A stretch of DNA of 32,000 nt, from NCBI GenBank assembly GCA_016700375.1, contig CP065016.1, positions 390,001 to 422,000 on the forward strand. Direction: 5' to 3'. Below are positions 23,846 through 31,876 of the stretch, one piece after another. The position numbers and the translations under genes were made by a program. The stretch comes from Candidatus Saccharimonadota bacterium (GTDB taxonomy: Bacteria; Patescibacteriota; Saccharimonadia; Saccharimonadales; UBA4665). The notes under the pieces are model-generated. The model was not told the DNA's origin. It worked only from the letters and a program-made list of their open reading frames with translations, and did no database searches. Position 1 is the stretch's first letter. Each line of letters opens with the position of its first letter.

Positions 23846-24769
23846 ATGAATCCAGACGCATACACCATAGCCGAGCACACGCTCGAGGTTGGTCACGGCC
23901 ACACCCTGTACATTCATGATTGGGGTAATAAAAAAGCCAAACACCCCATATTTTTCCTACACGGCGGCCCCGGCGGCCAGTGCAAAGAAAAGCACAAACT
24001 GCCATTTGACCCAAAAACTCAGCGCGTTATTTTTCACGACCAACGCGGCAGCGGCAAAAGCACGCCGCTGGGCCGCTGGCACCACAACAACACGCAGGAA
24101 CTCGCCGCCGATATTACAAAAATTGCCGACTTCCTTAAAATAGACCGTTTTATATTGACCGGAGATTCTTGGGGCTCGTGCCTCGCGCTGTACTACGCAC
24201 TATGTGAACCACGCCGGGTAAGCGCGCTCGTAGTAGGCGGGGTATTTACCGGGTCGCAAGCAGAAATCGACTGGTTGGATAAAGGAATGTTTCAAACGAA
24301 TTTCCCAGATGCATGGGAACGCTACCTTGCCGCTACACCAAAGAAGTTCTGGAGTGCCCCAAGTGCCTACCACATGGCGAATGTCGTAGGGCACGACGCA
24401 GCACTCGCCGCAAAATCTGCCCATGCCTACGGCGAACTCGAAACCAGCGTTATAAGTCTTGACGACAATTTTTACCCAACAAACCCCGAAGATTTTGAGC
24501 CAGAAAGCATGATAATAGAAATGCGCTATTTGAATAAGCGCTGTTTTTTGCCCGACCGTTTTATACTGAAAAACGCGCACAAACTAAAGATGCCACTGTA
24601 CATCGTGCAGGGTCGTTACGACTTTGTCTGTCCACCAAAAACAGCGTATGAACTCAGTCAAAAAGCGCCAAACGCACACCTGACCTGGACGGTCAACGGC
24701 CACCGCAATGAACACGAAAATATTAGCGTGAAGCAGCTCATCTACAAACACCTCACCGAAGGGAAGTAG
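23846..24769 (+). CDS. pip: proline iminopeptidase (S33 alpha/beta hydrolase)
   Basis: FFLHGGPGG, nucleophile elbow GDSWG, and a C-terminal His region. ATG 23846 (MNPDAYT) is preferred over the listed GTG 23810, which lies inside the repeat cluster. Confidence 0.88.
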   Translation: MNPDAYTIAEHTLEVGHGHTLYIHDWGNKKAKHPIFFLHGGPGGQCKEKHKLPFDPKTQRVIFHDQRGSGKSTPLGRWHHNNTQELAADITKIADFLKIDRFILTGDSWGSCLALYYALCEPRRVSALVVGGVFTGSQAEIDWLDKGMFQTNFPDAWERYLAATPKKFWSAPSAYHMANVVGHDAALAAKSAHAYGELETSVISLDDNFYPTNPEDFEPESMIIEMRYLNKRCFLPDRFILKNAHKLKMPLYIVQGRYDFVCPPKTAYELSQKAPNAHLTWTVNGHRNEHENISVKQLIYKHLTEGK

Positions 24770-24770
24770 G

Positions 24771-25310
24771 GTGCCAAAAACTGCATGTATAGTATATGGG
24801 TTTGCCGAAGGTCCACGCCACGGCAAGCGCATGCGGCAAGCACTAACCGACCGAGGTTACTGCATCGTCACAAAGCCGCGACGAGCTGACCTTGTTATCG
24901 CTCATTCGGGTGGGCATTTGCTGCTGCGTATGCCAAAGCCTGCGCAAACGTACCTAATAATTGATGCCTCCTGTAACACCGGTCGACACGTGTTCGACAA
25001 TGCGTTTCGCCACGTTTGGTACGACCTTGTGCATGTGCTGGGTAACGGTCAGGTCCAATACTACGCCTGGAAAACGTGGTGGAATGGCGTCTACGTATTG
25101 CTACGTCCATTTCCGGCAATAAGAATGTACCAACGTATCCGCCGTAGCGCATATTACCCACAGCGCTTCGCGGGGAAGGGGGTTATTACTCAGGGTGATG
25201 ACCGTTCGTGGTACAACCCCGCGGTCTTGCCGCTAGAAGAGATTGTTTTCATGAGCGGCGACCACGATGACTGCTGGCGTAACCCCGACCGCTACCTCGA
25301 CCTCCTCTAA
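24771..25310 (+). CDS. small alpha/beta-hydrolase-like protein (hypothetical)
   Basis: GTG start 1 nt after the pip stop, with GAAGGGAAG upstream. AHSGG is nucleophile-elbow-like and GDHDD lies near the C-terminus. Confidence 0.55.
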   Translation: MPKTACIVYGFAEGPRHGKRMRQALTDRGYCIVTKPRRADLVIAHSGGHLLLRMPKPAQTYLIIDASCNTGRHVFDNAFRHVWYDLVHVLGNGQVQYYAWKTWWNGVYVLLRPFPAIRMYQRIRRSAYYPQRFAGKGVITQGDDRSWYNPAVLPLEEIVFMSGDHDDCWRNPDRYLDLL

Positions 25311-25366
25311 CCAACTAACAAAACTACCCCGTGGCCCGCGACCACCGCAAACTATACTCTGTATTT

Positions 25367-25392
25367 TTAAACTGTACGGCCGTACGGTTTAT
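25367..25392. promoter_or_regulatory. 26-bp palindromic motif, copy 2 (TTAAACTGTACGG|CCGTACGGTTTAT)
   Basis: 11 of 13 arm positions are complementary. It has the same core GTACGGCC(G/A)TAC and A/T flanks as 14295-14320. It lies 44 nt upstream of ATG 25436. Confidence 0.5.
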
Positions 25393-25435
25393 TTTGTGGT
25401 TGTGCAAAAACAGGGGTGCGGGTAGACTGGGACGT

Positions 25436-26185
25436 ATGAATACAACTGGTTTGTCTGCAGAAACCGAAGCCACTCTGCGACGCCTACTTGCCGAACAGCC
25501 AACCTATAAGCCCGTGCCGGCAGTGCTTGAAAAACTGCAGCATATATCTTTTGTCTGTTTTGTGGGGGCAACCTGTATGGGCAAAACGACACTTATGGAC
25601 GCGCTTGTCGCCCTGGACTCATCGCGTTACGGCAAAACACGCAATTTCACCACCCGACCGCCCCGCGCCGACGACGACCCAAAACGATATTACTACTACG
25701 AGCACACAGACGCCGGCCTGGCACCTGTGCTGAAGCGGATTGCCCAGCACGAGAACTTACAGCACAACATAAACCCCTATACACTCACCATGTACGGCAG
25801 CGAAATCGGCGACTACCCGCACGCCTACAACATCGGCGATATTTTTAGCAGTTCCATAGACGGTTTTCGCCAGCTTGGATTTGGCCATCTTCGCATTTTT
25901 TCGGTCGTAACCAACCCCAACGCATGGCTCGCACGCATTGAAGAGCGCTTTCCGGTAGGGCACCCAAATCGCCTAGCCCGACTGCAAGAGGCGGCCGATA
26001 GCCTCAGCTGGTCCCTTGCCCAAACAGCATCAGACCACGCGTGGGTCATCAACCCACCAGAACATATTGAGACAGCCGTCACTTCTGTTGATTCGGTCAT
26101 CCGGGGTGAAACACCAGCTCACCAAGACAAAGCCCGTCGCCTCGCCGAAGCGTGTCTAATCAAAGTTCAGGAGCTCCTGAAGTGA
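25436..26185 (+). CDS. guanylate-kinase-like P-loop protein
   Basis: P-loop GATCMGKTT and TTRPPRADDD..YYYYEH resemble the gmk TTRxxR..Y.F pattern. The listed ORF starts at GTG 25331 and would read through the palindrome, so ATG 25436 is preferred. Confidence 0.6.
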   Translation: MNTTGLSAETEATLRRLLAEQPTYKPVPAVLEKLQHISFVCFVGATCMGKTTLMDALVALDSSRYGKTRNFTTRPPRADDDPKRYYYYEHTDAGLAPVLKRIAQHENLQHNINPYTLTMYGSEIGDYPHAYNIGDIFSSSIDGFRQLGFGHLRIFSVVTNPNAWLARIEERFPVGHPNRLARLQEAADSLSWSLAQTASDHAWVINPPEHIETAVTSVDSVIRGETPAHQDKARRLAEACLIKVQELLK

Positions 26186-26196
26186 ACACTCTGCCT

Positions 26197-26282
26197 GTCA
26201 TCTTGAGCGGAGCCGACCTTGGCAGGCGCAGTCGAAAGATCTCCTTATTTTCAGAAGATTCTTCGCTATCGCTTAGAATGAC
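26197..26282. repeat. 86-nt imperfect long-hairpin repeat element (GTCATCTTGAGCG ... CGCTTAGAATGAC)
   Basis: The terminal arms are complementary at 11 of 13 positions. The inner arms CGAAAGATCT / AGAAGATTCTTCG are partly complementary. It fills the spacer between stop 26185 and GTG 26298. Frames give ..VILSGA.. and ..SLSLRMT.., strings typical of spurious ORFs over such repeats. Confidence 0.6.
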
Positions 26283-26297
26283 GAGAAAGGAAATGCT

Positions 26298-26987
26298 GTG
26301 ATAGAAAAGAAAAAATTCGCCGTATTTGACATAGATGGCACGCTTATACGCTGGCAACTCTACCACGCTGTCGTGCATAAACTGGGCAAAGCAGGACAGC
26401 TCATGCCTGGGGATTTCGAAGCCATTAACGACGCACGTATGGAGTGGAAAAACCGCCGTACAAACGAAGGTTTTCATAGCTACGAACAGCTCCTTGTCGA
26501 GCACTTTATAACGGCTCTTCCTAGCATTGACACGGGCATATACGACCAGGTTATTCAAGAAGTATTCGACGAATACAAAGACCAAATCTTTACCTACACG
26601 CGCGACCTTGTGCAGCAACTAAAGGGGGAGGGCTATCTGCTTTTTGCAGTCTCTGGTTCACCACGGGAAGTGATAGAGCTATTGGCGCAGCACCACGGGT
26701 TCCATGACGCCATAGGGTGCAGTTTCACCCGCAAAGAAGGGCATTTTACCGGCGAATACACGACCCCCATATTTGATAAAAAAACGGCCCTAGACAGCTT
26801 GGTGCAAAAACACGGCGCGACGTACACACAAAGCTACGCCGTAGGCGACAGCGCCAGCGACGCCGCCATGCTAGAAGTAGTGACGCACCCCATAGCCTTC
26901 AGCCCCGACCAAAACTTGTTCAAAATAGCCAAAGACCGTGACTGGCCCATAGTAGTCGAACGCAAAAATGTGGTGTATGAACTCTAG
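26298..26987 (+). CDS. HAD-IB family hydrolase (phosphoserine phosphatase-like)
   Basis: Motif I FDIDGTL, motif II VSGS, motif III/IV K...GDSASD. Confidence 0.85.
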   Translation: MIEKKKFAVFDIDGTLIRWQLYHAVVHKLGKAGQLMPGDFEAINDARMEWKNRRTNEGFHSYEQLLVEHFITALPSIDTGIYDQVIQEVFDEYKDQIFTYTRDLVQQLKGEGYLLFAVSGSPREVIELLAQHHGFHDAIGCSFTRKEGHFTGEYTTPIFDKKTALDSLVQKHGATYTQSYAVGDSASDAAMLEVVTHPIAFSPDQNLFKIAKDRDWPIVVERKNVVYEL

Positions 26988-27295
26988 GCTTCAGTCCGAT
27001 ATGGGCATACTACACACGCCGGCAATTTTGTCTCGTTAAACTGTAGGCAAAGCCTTTGGACATCGGCAAGTCGTCTCGAAGCTTCATCTGTATATGCATC
27101 AGGTTTCGTTGCACCGGATGCTTCTGCATCTGCCACCTGAACATCGTGAGCCATCCGTTGGAGATCTGACTGATTATGATAAGGAATCCTTTCTTTATCA
27201 GTCTTGTCAGCTATTGCATGTGCACCGACATAACAAGGATTAGCACGCAGTGTATCCCAGCTCGGTTTTGGCGTATCATTATGTGATTGGGTCAT
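26984..27295 (-). CDS. hypothetical Cys-containing small protein
   Basis: The internal start MTQSHNDT (27295) avoids overlap with the convincing + strand gene at 27325. An AT-rich divergent promoter region lies at 27296-27324. Confidence 0.45.
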   Translation of the reverse strand: MTQSHNDTPKPSWDTLRANPCYVGAHAIADKTDKERIPYHNQSDLQRMAHDVQVADAEASGATKPDAYTDEASRRLADVQRLCLQFNETKLPACVVCPYRTEA

Positions 27296-27324
27296 AATAA
27301 TTAAATTATAACATAATTGCATAT

Positions 27325-28125
27325 ATGAATCAAGTTTACTGGCATAAACAGGGTGAAAAAGCGCTGTTTCCGAATCTGTTATGGGCGCGACCCGAGGTGA
27401 AAAGTGCGGCCGGAAAGCTGCTGGTGGTGGGCGGACACGCCCAAAGTTTTGCCGCCGCCGCCGAAGCCTACGCGGCAGCGGAGAAGGCAGGCATCGGTAG
27501 CGTGCGCGTGCTACTGCCAGACAGCCTCGAGAAAACGGTGAGCAAGCTTTTTCCTGGTGCAGAATTTGCTCCCAGCAACCCAAGCGGAGGCTTTGCCACG
27601 CGCGCACTGGCCGAACTGCTTGCTGCAGCTCAGTGGGCCGACGGCGTTCTGCTGGCCGGAGACCTTGGCCGCAATAGCGAAAGCCTCGCTATGCTTGAAA
27701 ACTTTGCTGGCAAATACACCGGCCAGCTCACCATCACCAAAGACACAGCCGACTTTTTCTGCACCCAGCCACAATCTATTGCTGCCAGAACCGACACACT
27801 GCTCGTTATAAGCCTGGGCCAACTGCAGAAACTTGGGAAGTCGCTGCATCTCTCCTATGCCTTCACAAGCGACCTCGGCATAATGCAACTCGTGGAACTG
27901 CTGCACAAGTTCACCGCAGCGTACCCAAACGTTCAGGTCATTACGCGCCACCAAAACAACTATGTGGTCGCGGTGAAGGGCACCATCGGTACATCGCCGG
28001 CCCCAAGTGAAAAACCCATCTGGCGCGTCACCGCCGCCGCCTCCGCCAGCACCTGGTGGCTGCAAAACCCCGAAAAACCCTTTGAAGCCCTGATGAGTAG
28101 CGCTGGGTCATTGAATTCGCTATAG
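27325..28125 (+). CDS. carbohydrate-kinase / YjeF-C (NAD(P)H-hydrate dehydratase)-like protein
   Basis: GKLLVVGGHAQSFAAAAEAYAAAEKAGIGSVRVLLP resembles the N-terminal GxxLVIGGS..GA..LAA.AA.R.GAG motif of the family. The C-terminal GxGD motif is not evident. Confidence 0.45.
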   Translation: MNQVYWHKQGEKALFPNLLWARPEVKSAAGKLLVVGGHAQSFAAAAEAYAAAEKAGIGSVRVLLPDSLEKTVSKLFPGAEFAPSNPSGGFATRALAELLAAAQWADGVLLAGDLGRNSESLAMLENFAGKYTGQLTITKDTADFFCTQPQSIAARTDTLLVISLGQLQKLGKSLHLSYAFTSDLGIMQLVELLHKFTAAYPNVQVITRHQNNYVVAVKGTIGTSPAPSEKPIWRVTAAASASTWWLQNPEKPFEALMSSAGSLNSL

Positions 28126-28134
28126 TAACTCGTA

Positions 28135-28407
28135 ATGAGAAAACACAAGCGGAATGATACTTTAGTAGATATTTGGAGCCTGGTACACGTGGTGAGCAGT
28201 GCGGGGCTGGCGTGGCTGATTGGGCCGGTCGCAGCCTTTATAGTCGTGACGCTTTGGGAGCCGCTGGAAATATTTGTGCTTTCGCCACTGCTTGCCAAAC
28301 GGGGCATTGTGTTTGGCTACGAAACCTGGCGCAATTCACTTTCTGACATACTATTCAATTCACTTGGCATCAGCTTAGCAGTCCTACTACAGGCCATGTC
28401 TAGTTGA
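28135..28407 (+). CDS. small membrane protein (hypothetical)
   Basis: 90 aa with three hydrophobic segments. Confidence 0.5.
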   Translation: MRKHKRNDTLVDIWSLVHVVSSAGLAWLIGPVAAFIVVTLWEPLEIFVLSPLLAKRGIVFGYETWRNSLSDILFNSLGISLAVLLQAMSS

Positions 28408-28450
28408 CACAAACCCCAACGAAACAATAACGAACATCAATTCGCAAGGA

Positions 28451-28492
28451 ACAAGATTTTGGCGAAGCCTCGCCTGCAGCGGGGCGCTGTCT
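28451..28492. repeat. direct repeat copy R1 (ACAAGATTTTGGCGAAGCCTCGCCTGCAGCGGGGCGCTGTCT)
   Basis: Identical to 28640-28684 except for a 3-nt AAG insertion in the other copy. It contains two small hairpins, GGCGA-AGCC-TCGCC and CAGCG-GGG-CGCTG. Confidence 0.85.
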
Positions 28493-28497
28493 GCGCG

Positions 28498-28521
28498 TGA
28501 ACAATAGATATGGTGCCGCAG
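28498..28521. repeat. 24-nt inverted-repeat arm (left)
   Basis: TGAACAATAGATATGGTGCCGCAG is the reverse complement of 28837-28860 (CTGCGGCAGCATATCTATTTTTCA), with 2 mismatches. Confidence 0.85.
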
Positions 28522-28627
28522 GCCGGACTTGACCTACCTAAGGCAGGCCCAGAACTTTCAGACTGCAAGCTAAGCCTACAATCTGAAAGATTCACTTGCG
28601 ACCCGCCGCTGGCGGGCCTCACGGCAC
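28511..28627 (-). ncRNA. cloverleaf-like, tRNA-related structured element of unknown identity (not a canonical tRNA)
   Basis: Minus-strand fold by hand. Closing stem GTGCCG/CGGCAC plus GGCC/GGCC. Arm CCCGCC-AGC-GGCGGG. Arm CTTTCAGA-(19 nt)-TCTGAAAG. Arm CCTGCC-TTA-GGTAGG. The 3' end ..TCAAGTCCGGCCTGCGGCACCA resembles a tRNA T-loop/acceptor/CCA. No valid T-stem or 7-nt anticodon loop could be drawn. Confidence 0.4.
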
Positions 28628-28639
28628 GTCCTTACGAAC

Positions 28640-28684
28640 ACAAGATTTTGGCGAAGAAGCCTCGCCTGCAGCGGGGCGCTGTCT
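28640..28684. repeat. direct repeat copy R2
   Basis: ACAAGATTTTGGCGAAGAAGCCTCGCCTGCAGCGGGGCGCTGTCT. See R1. Confidence 0.85.
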
Positions 28685-28700
28685 AGCGTTCGGATATTTT

Positions 28701-28785
28701 TGGTGGGCAAGGAGGGAATCGAACCCTCAATCCGTAAGGAACACGATTTTGAGTCGTGCGCGTATACCAATTCCGCCACTTGCCC
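28701..28785 (-). tRNA. tRNA-Leu (CAA), CCA encoded
   Basis: Manual fold of the reverse complement: acceptor GGGCAAG/CTTGCCC, D-region GGCGGAATTGGTATACGCGC, anticodon stem ACGAC../..with loop CTCAAAA (anticodon CAA), a long variable arm, and T-arm GAGGG-TTCGATT-CCCTC followed by A-CCA. Confidence 0.9.
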
Positions 28786-28836
28786 CCCAAAAATATCTGA
28801 ATTTCGCCCAAGCGAAATGTCTACCAATTCCGTTCG

Positions 28837-28860
28837 CTGCGGCAGCATATCTATTTTTCA
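28837..28860. repeat. 24-nt inverted-repeat arm (right)
   Basis: See 28498-28521. Confidence 0.85.
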
Positions 28861-29003
28861 ACGAACAAAGTGAGTTGAAAATCATTTTAACCACTTGCCC
28901 TGGTGTAATAACCATAAGCAAACCCATGGTCACCAGAGGTGTATTGTACTATACTACACAGTGAAACGCGAGTGGGCGGTGGCTTGCTGGCGTCGTAACA
29001 CAT

Positions 29004-30368
29004 ATGAGCACCAATCCACTTTTTCCAGATAACCCCCTTCGGCCAGCGCCGGCCGATATTGCCGCCGTGGAGCTCATACGGCGCAAAGTAGCCAATGCTT
29101 TCGGCGAGGAGCCTTCAGCTTCCGCGGAACTGCAAGAAATCAAAAACGAACGAACGCTCAGTAAGCACCAGGTTTTTCTGCAACAGCTCGCTTCACAAGG
29201 GAAGAGTCTTGCTGATATACAAACCGAATGGCATGGCTATTACACAAGGCTCCCAGAAGCCGAAAAACATGAGGTCTGGCAGGAGTTTTACGCCGCAAAC
29301 GAGCACACACCGTACCAAAAACTCTTCCAGAAACAAACGCCAGTACCCTCACGAAGTCGCCTGACACCCGTAGCCGATAAACCCGCTCATCCAGCAGCCA
29401 CCGTAGCTCCACGCGTTATTACAAGCGAAAACGGCGTCACCATTGCAGACCACACGGCCGTGCAGCCAGGGATTCACGCCCACCCCCATGAGCAAAGCCG
29501 CCTCTCAAAAACAAAGGCACGAGCCGGTCAAGCCGTTCGAAAGACAAAGGTCGGCAATAGGGTACTAAACTCTCAAACCGCCGAAGCAACAAGGCGCATT
29601 AAACATCGTATTCAACACAAAGTTAGTGCCGGCGGCAAACTAAAAGCTCGTCACCATGTGCAGTCACTACTATTTGGTTTTGGCGTCGGAGCCGTCATGC
29701 TACTCATATTGCTTTTTGGATTTTTTAACGAATTTATCATCACGCCCTTCATCCAGCCCAGCAGTAAGGTGGCAGGCATACCAATTATTGTGAGTAACAT
29801 TTCGCCCGAACAAGCCGCTAACCCAACGGTAATTGTTTCGAAAATAAACATCCAAATGCCGGTAGACTTCAACCTAGTCAGCAGCGACGAAGCATCAGTA
29901 CAGAGTTCACTCGAAAACGGGGTAGTTCACTACCCAAGCACTGTCAAGCCCGGAGAAAATGGTAACAGCGCTTACTTCGGCCACTCCAGCCAAAACATAT
30001 TTAACAACGGCAAAGCCAAGTTTGCCTTTGTACGGCTCCGCGAGCTAACTACGGGAGATGTATTTACCATTCTCTACAACGGCAAGGTCTACTCGTACGA
30101 AGTCTTTGCGAAAGAAATCGTTCCCCCTACCCAGGTCAGTGTGCTCACCGACACCAAAGGAGAGCAGGCGACTGCCGTACTCATAACCTGTGACCCTCCC
30201 GGATTTAGCACAAATAGACTCGTGGTTTGGGGCAAACAAATAAGCCCCAGTGTCGCTTCAAACAAAACCCCAGCAACAGCACCGACCATTTCTGAGCCCC
30301 AACAAATCACCAGCAACGGCCCAACGCTCTGGACCCGGATGTGGCGTGCTATCCAGTTCTGGAACTAA
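29004..30368 (+). CDS. sortase-family transpeptidase with long N-terminal extension and TM anchor
   Basis: TM LLFGFGVGAVMLLILLFGFF, catalytic His context AYFGHSS, Cys motif AVLITCDPPG, Arg context NRLVVWG. Confidence 0.85.
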   Translation: MSTNPLFPDNPLRPAPADIAAVELIRRKVANAFGEEPSASAELQEIKNERTLSKHQVFLQQLASQGKSLADIQTEWHGYYTRLPEAEKHEVWQEFYAANEHTPYQKLFQKQTPVPSRSRLTPVADKPAHPAATVAPRVITSENGVTIADHTAVQPGIHAHPHEQSRLSKTKARAGQAVRKTKVGNRVLNSQTAEATRRIKHRIQHKVSAGGKLKARHHVQSLLFGFGVGAVMLLILLFGFFNEFIITPFIQPSSKVAGIPIIVSNISPEQAANPTVIVSKINIQMPVDFNLVSSDEASVQSSLENGVVHYPSTVKPGENGNSAYFGHSSQNIFNNGKAKFAFVRLRELTTGDVFTILYNGKVYSYEVFAKEIVPPTQVSVLTDTKGEQATAVLITCDPPGFSTNRLVVWGKQISPSVASNKTPATAPTISEPQQITSNGPTLWTRMWRAIQFWN

Positions 30369-30376
30369 TGGCCGGA

Positions 30377-31876
30377 TTACTCTAGGACGTACGAGGTCTG
30401 CATTAGCTGAAGCGTGCCATTGGCTTGTTGCGTCAGGCTATAGCCACGCAAATAGTTTGGTGCAAAATACACTCCGTACTGGGGTAGGGCATCTTGAAGC
30501 GTCTGGCGATTGAGATTGTCGTAGTCATGCACAACAACCTTTCCTGAAGACACATACCAAAGCCTGTTGCCGTCCATCCAACTCGTAGGCGCCTGCGGCT
30601 CATCCAATGGAGTAGGCTCAGTGTAGTGATATACACCTTCGTACTCTATGTCGTATACGGTATGTTCGGCACCTCTGTTAGCAACAACAAACTGGGCGTT
30701 TGCAGAAAACGCAACATGCTGCGGGTTGATTAGTTTTAAGAATCGAAACGGCAGTGGTGTATCCGTCGGCTTTGCGAGCACCGCATCAAGCGGGTTTCGA
30801 AACACATAAACACCCTTCAGAGCATTTGTGCCGGTAACAACGTACCATTTGCCGTCATACTCAGCGATATCGAGCAGGTATGTGTCTGCTACTGCCAAAC
30901 GTTTGAGCACGCTGCTACGCGTACCCTGTTGCAGCACAACCGAAACGTATCCCGGCGTTTGCTTCTCGCCCAGCGGCGTATCTGTGACATAGAGCACCGT
31001 ATCGTCACCGTATGCTTTGTAGCTTATCACCCGCTCAAGCCGCAGCGCGTTCGGTGGGTTTGTTCCTAACTGAGCAGTCCGAAGCAACTTTGTTTCAGTG
31101 TTATAAATATAGAACTGGTTTTGCTTTTTGTTAAAAAACCGGATTTCGTCGGTAGGCAATAGGGCAAGCTCACTTGTGAGGTTCCTCGCCTGAGTGCCGT
31201 CTTGACGGTCAAGCATTATATATTCCCGTGCCTTTGATGTACCGTTTGTAAAAACGCGCTGGGTCAAGAAATGGCGCTCATCATCAGACCATTCAAGCAC
31301 ATTCCATGATTGTACACTTTCTGCGGCAGTAAAGACGGTGGGTTGCTGTGGAACAATTTTCGCACTCGGTTTATCGGCATTTTTCAGGTCAAACACTTGC
31401 AGTTGGCTGGGCTGAGCAGTGTCTGCAGCAACCAGCCATCGACGACCCGGGCTCTGGGAAACGAAGTGCAGCTGATTCGCAAAAGTCGCGACTTGTGCAC
31501 TCTTTAATTTAGCAGGGAACAGCACAGGGTAGTCAAAACGCTGAACATCGCCGCCCGCGACAGTCACCGTACGTTTCCATTCGGTGTACCCATCCCGCGC
31601 CAGCCGAATCGTGTATACTCCGCTGCGAAGGTTTGTCTTACTATTGGTTTGGAATTTTTGTAGTTTGTCATTAATGTATACATCTGCTCCGGTGGGCTGA
31701 CTAGATACAAAAATCAAACCACATCGGTCAACAGTACCGTCACGGCTCAAACAATAGCCATCGGTCTGTTTCAGCAACATCCAACTCATGAGCGCAATCG
31801 CGACCCCAATCAAGCAGTAGCTCGCAATGAGTACTATGTGGTTACGTCTTTCTTTCTGAGGGTCCAAGAAATCCAT
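30377..31876 (-). CDS. PEGA-domain membrane-anchored protein with C-terminal beta-rich domain
   Basis: N-terminal TM IVLIASYCLIGVAIALMSWMLL. PEGA-like GADVYINDKLQ...GVYTIRLARDGYTEWKRTVTV. Confidence 0.75.
   Translation of the reverse strand: MDFLDPQKERRNHIVLIASYCLIGVAIALMSWMLLKQTDGYCLSRDGTVDRCGLIFVSSQPTGADVYINDKLQKFQTNSKTNLRSGVYTIRLARDGYTEWKRTVTVAGGDVQRFDYPVLFPAKLKSAQVATFANQLHFVSQSPGRRWLVAADTAQPSQLQVFDLKNADKPSAKIVPQQPTVFTAAESVQSWNVLEWSDDERHFLTQRVFTNGTSKAREYIMLDRQDGTQARNLTSELALLPTDEIRFFNKKQNQFYIYNTETKLLRTAQLGTNPPNALRLERVISYKAYGDDTVLYVTDTPLGEKQTPGYVSVVLQQGTRSSVLKRLAVADTYLLDIAEYDGKWYVVTGTNALKGVYVFRNPLDAVLAKPTDTPLPFRFLKLINPQHVAFSANAQFVVANRGAEHTVYDIEYEGVYHYTEPTPLDEPQAPTSWMDGNRLWYVSSGKVVVHDYDNLNRQTLQDALPQYGVYFAPNYLRGYSLTQQANGTLQLMQTSYVLE

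Noticed and set aside
26160-26618. 152-aa minus-strand ORF.
   Set aside because: It is antisense to the HAD hydrolase gene, which has all HAD motifs. Its C-terminus is a translation of the 26197-26282 hairpin repeat.
26984-27607. Full 207-aa version of the minus-strand ORF.
   Set aside because: The N-terminal 104 codons are Arg/Pro-rich and overlap the + strand gene 27325-28125. Only the distal 103 codons from ATG 27295 were kept, with low confidence.
27511-28065. 184-aa minus-strand ORF.
   Set aside because: It lies fully inside the better-supported + strand gene 27325-28125 and has a Gly/Arg-rich low-complexity N-terminus.
28511-28627. Could this be a genuine tRNA, for example tRNA-Sec given the 6-bp D-like stem and long insert?
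   Set aside because: No complementary T-stem flanks the TCAAGTC loop. No 5-bp stem with a 7-nt loop and U33 can be drawn. The acceptor would need two G-U pairs and a mismatch. No UCA anticodon sits in a proper loop. It is kept only as a tRNA-related structured element.
12539-28627. Could this be a 16-kb genomic island bounded by direct repeats of the tRNA-3'-end-like module (att sites)?
   Set aside because: The interval contains core housekeeping genes (pyrH, xth, tRNA-Ser, ABC transporter) and no integrase. The copies are better explained as members of a dispersed repeat family.
28498-28860. Could this be a tRNA-Leu gene split by a group I intron? The 5' piece GCCGCAG..GGAATTGGTAGAC and the 3' piece TCAAGTCCGGCCTGCGGCACCA have perfectly matching acceptor strands.
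   Set aside because: The complementarity extends 24 nt beyond any acceptor stem, into AT-rich flanks. The 5' piece has no anticodon stem. The intervening ~290 nt contains a complete different tRNA-Leu and shows no group I P/Q/R/S core elements that I could recognise.
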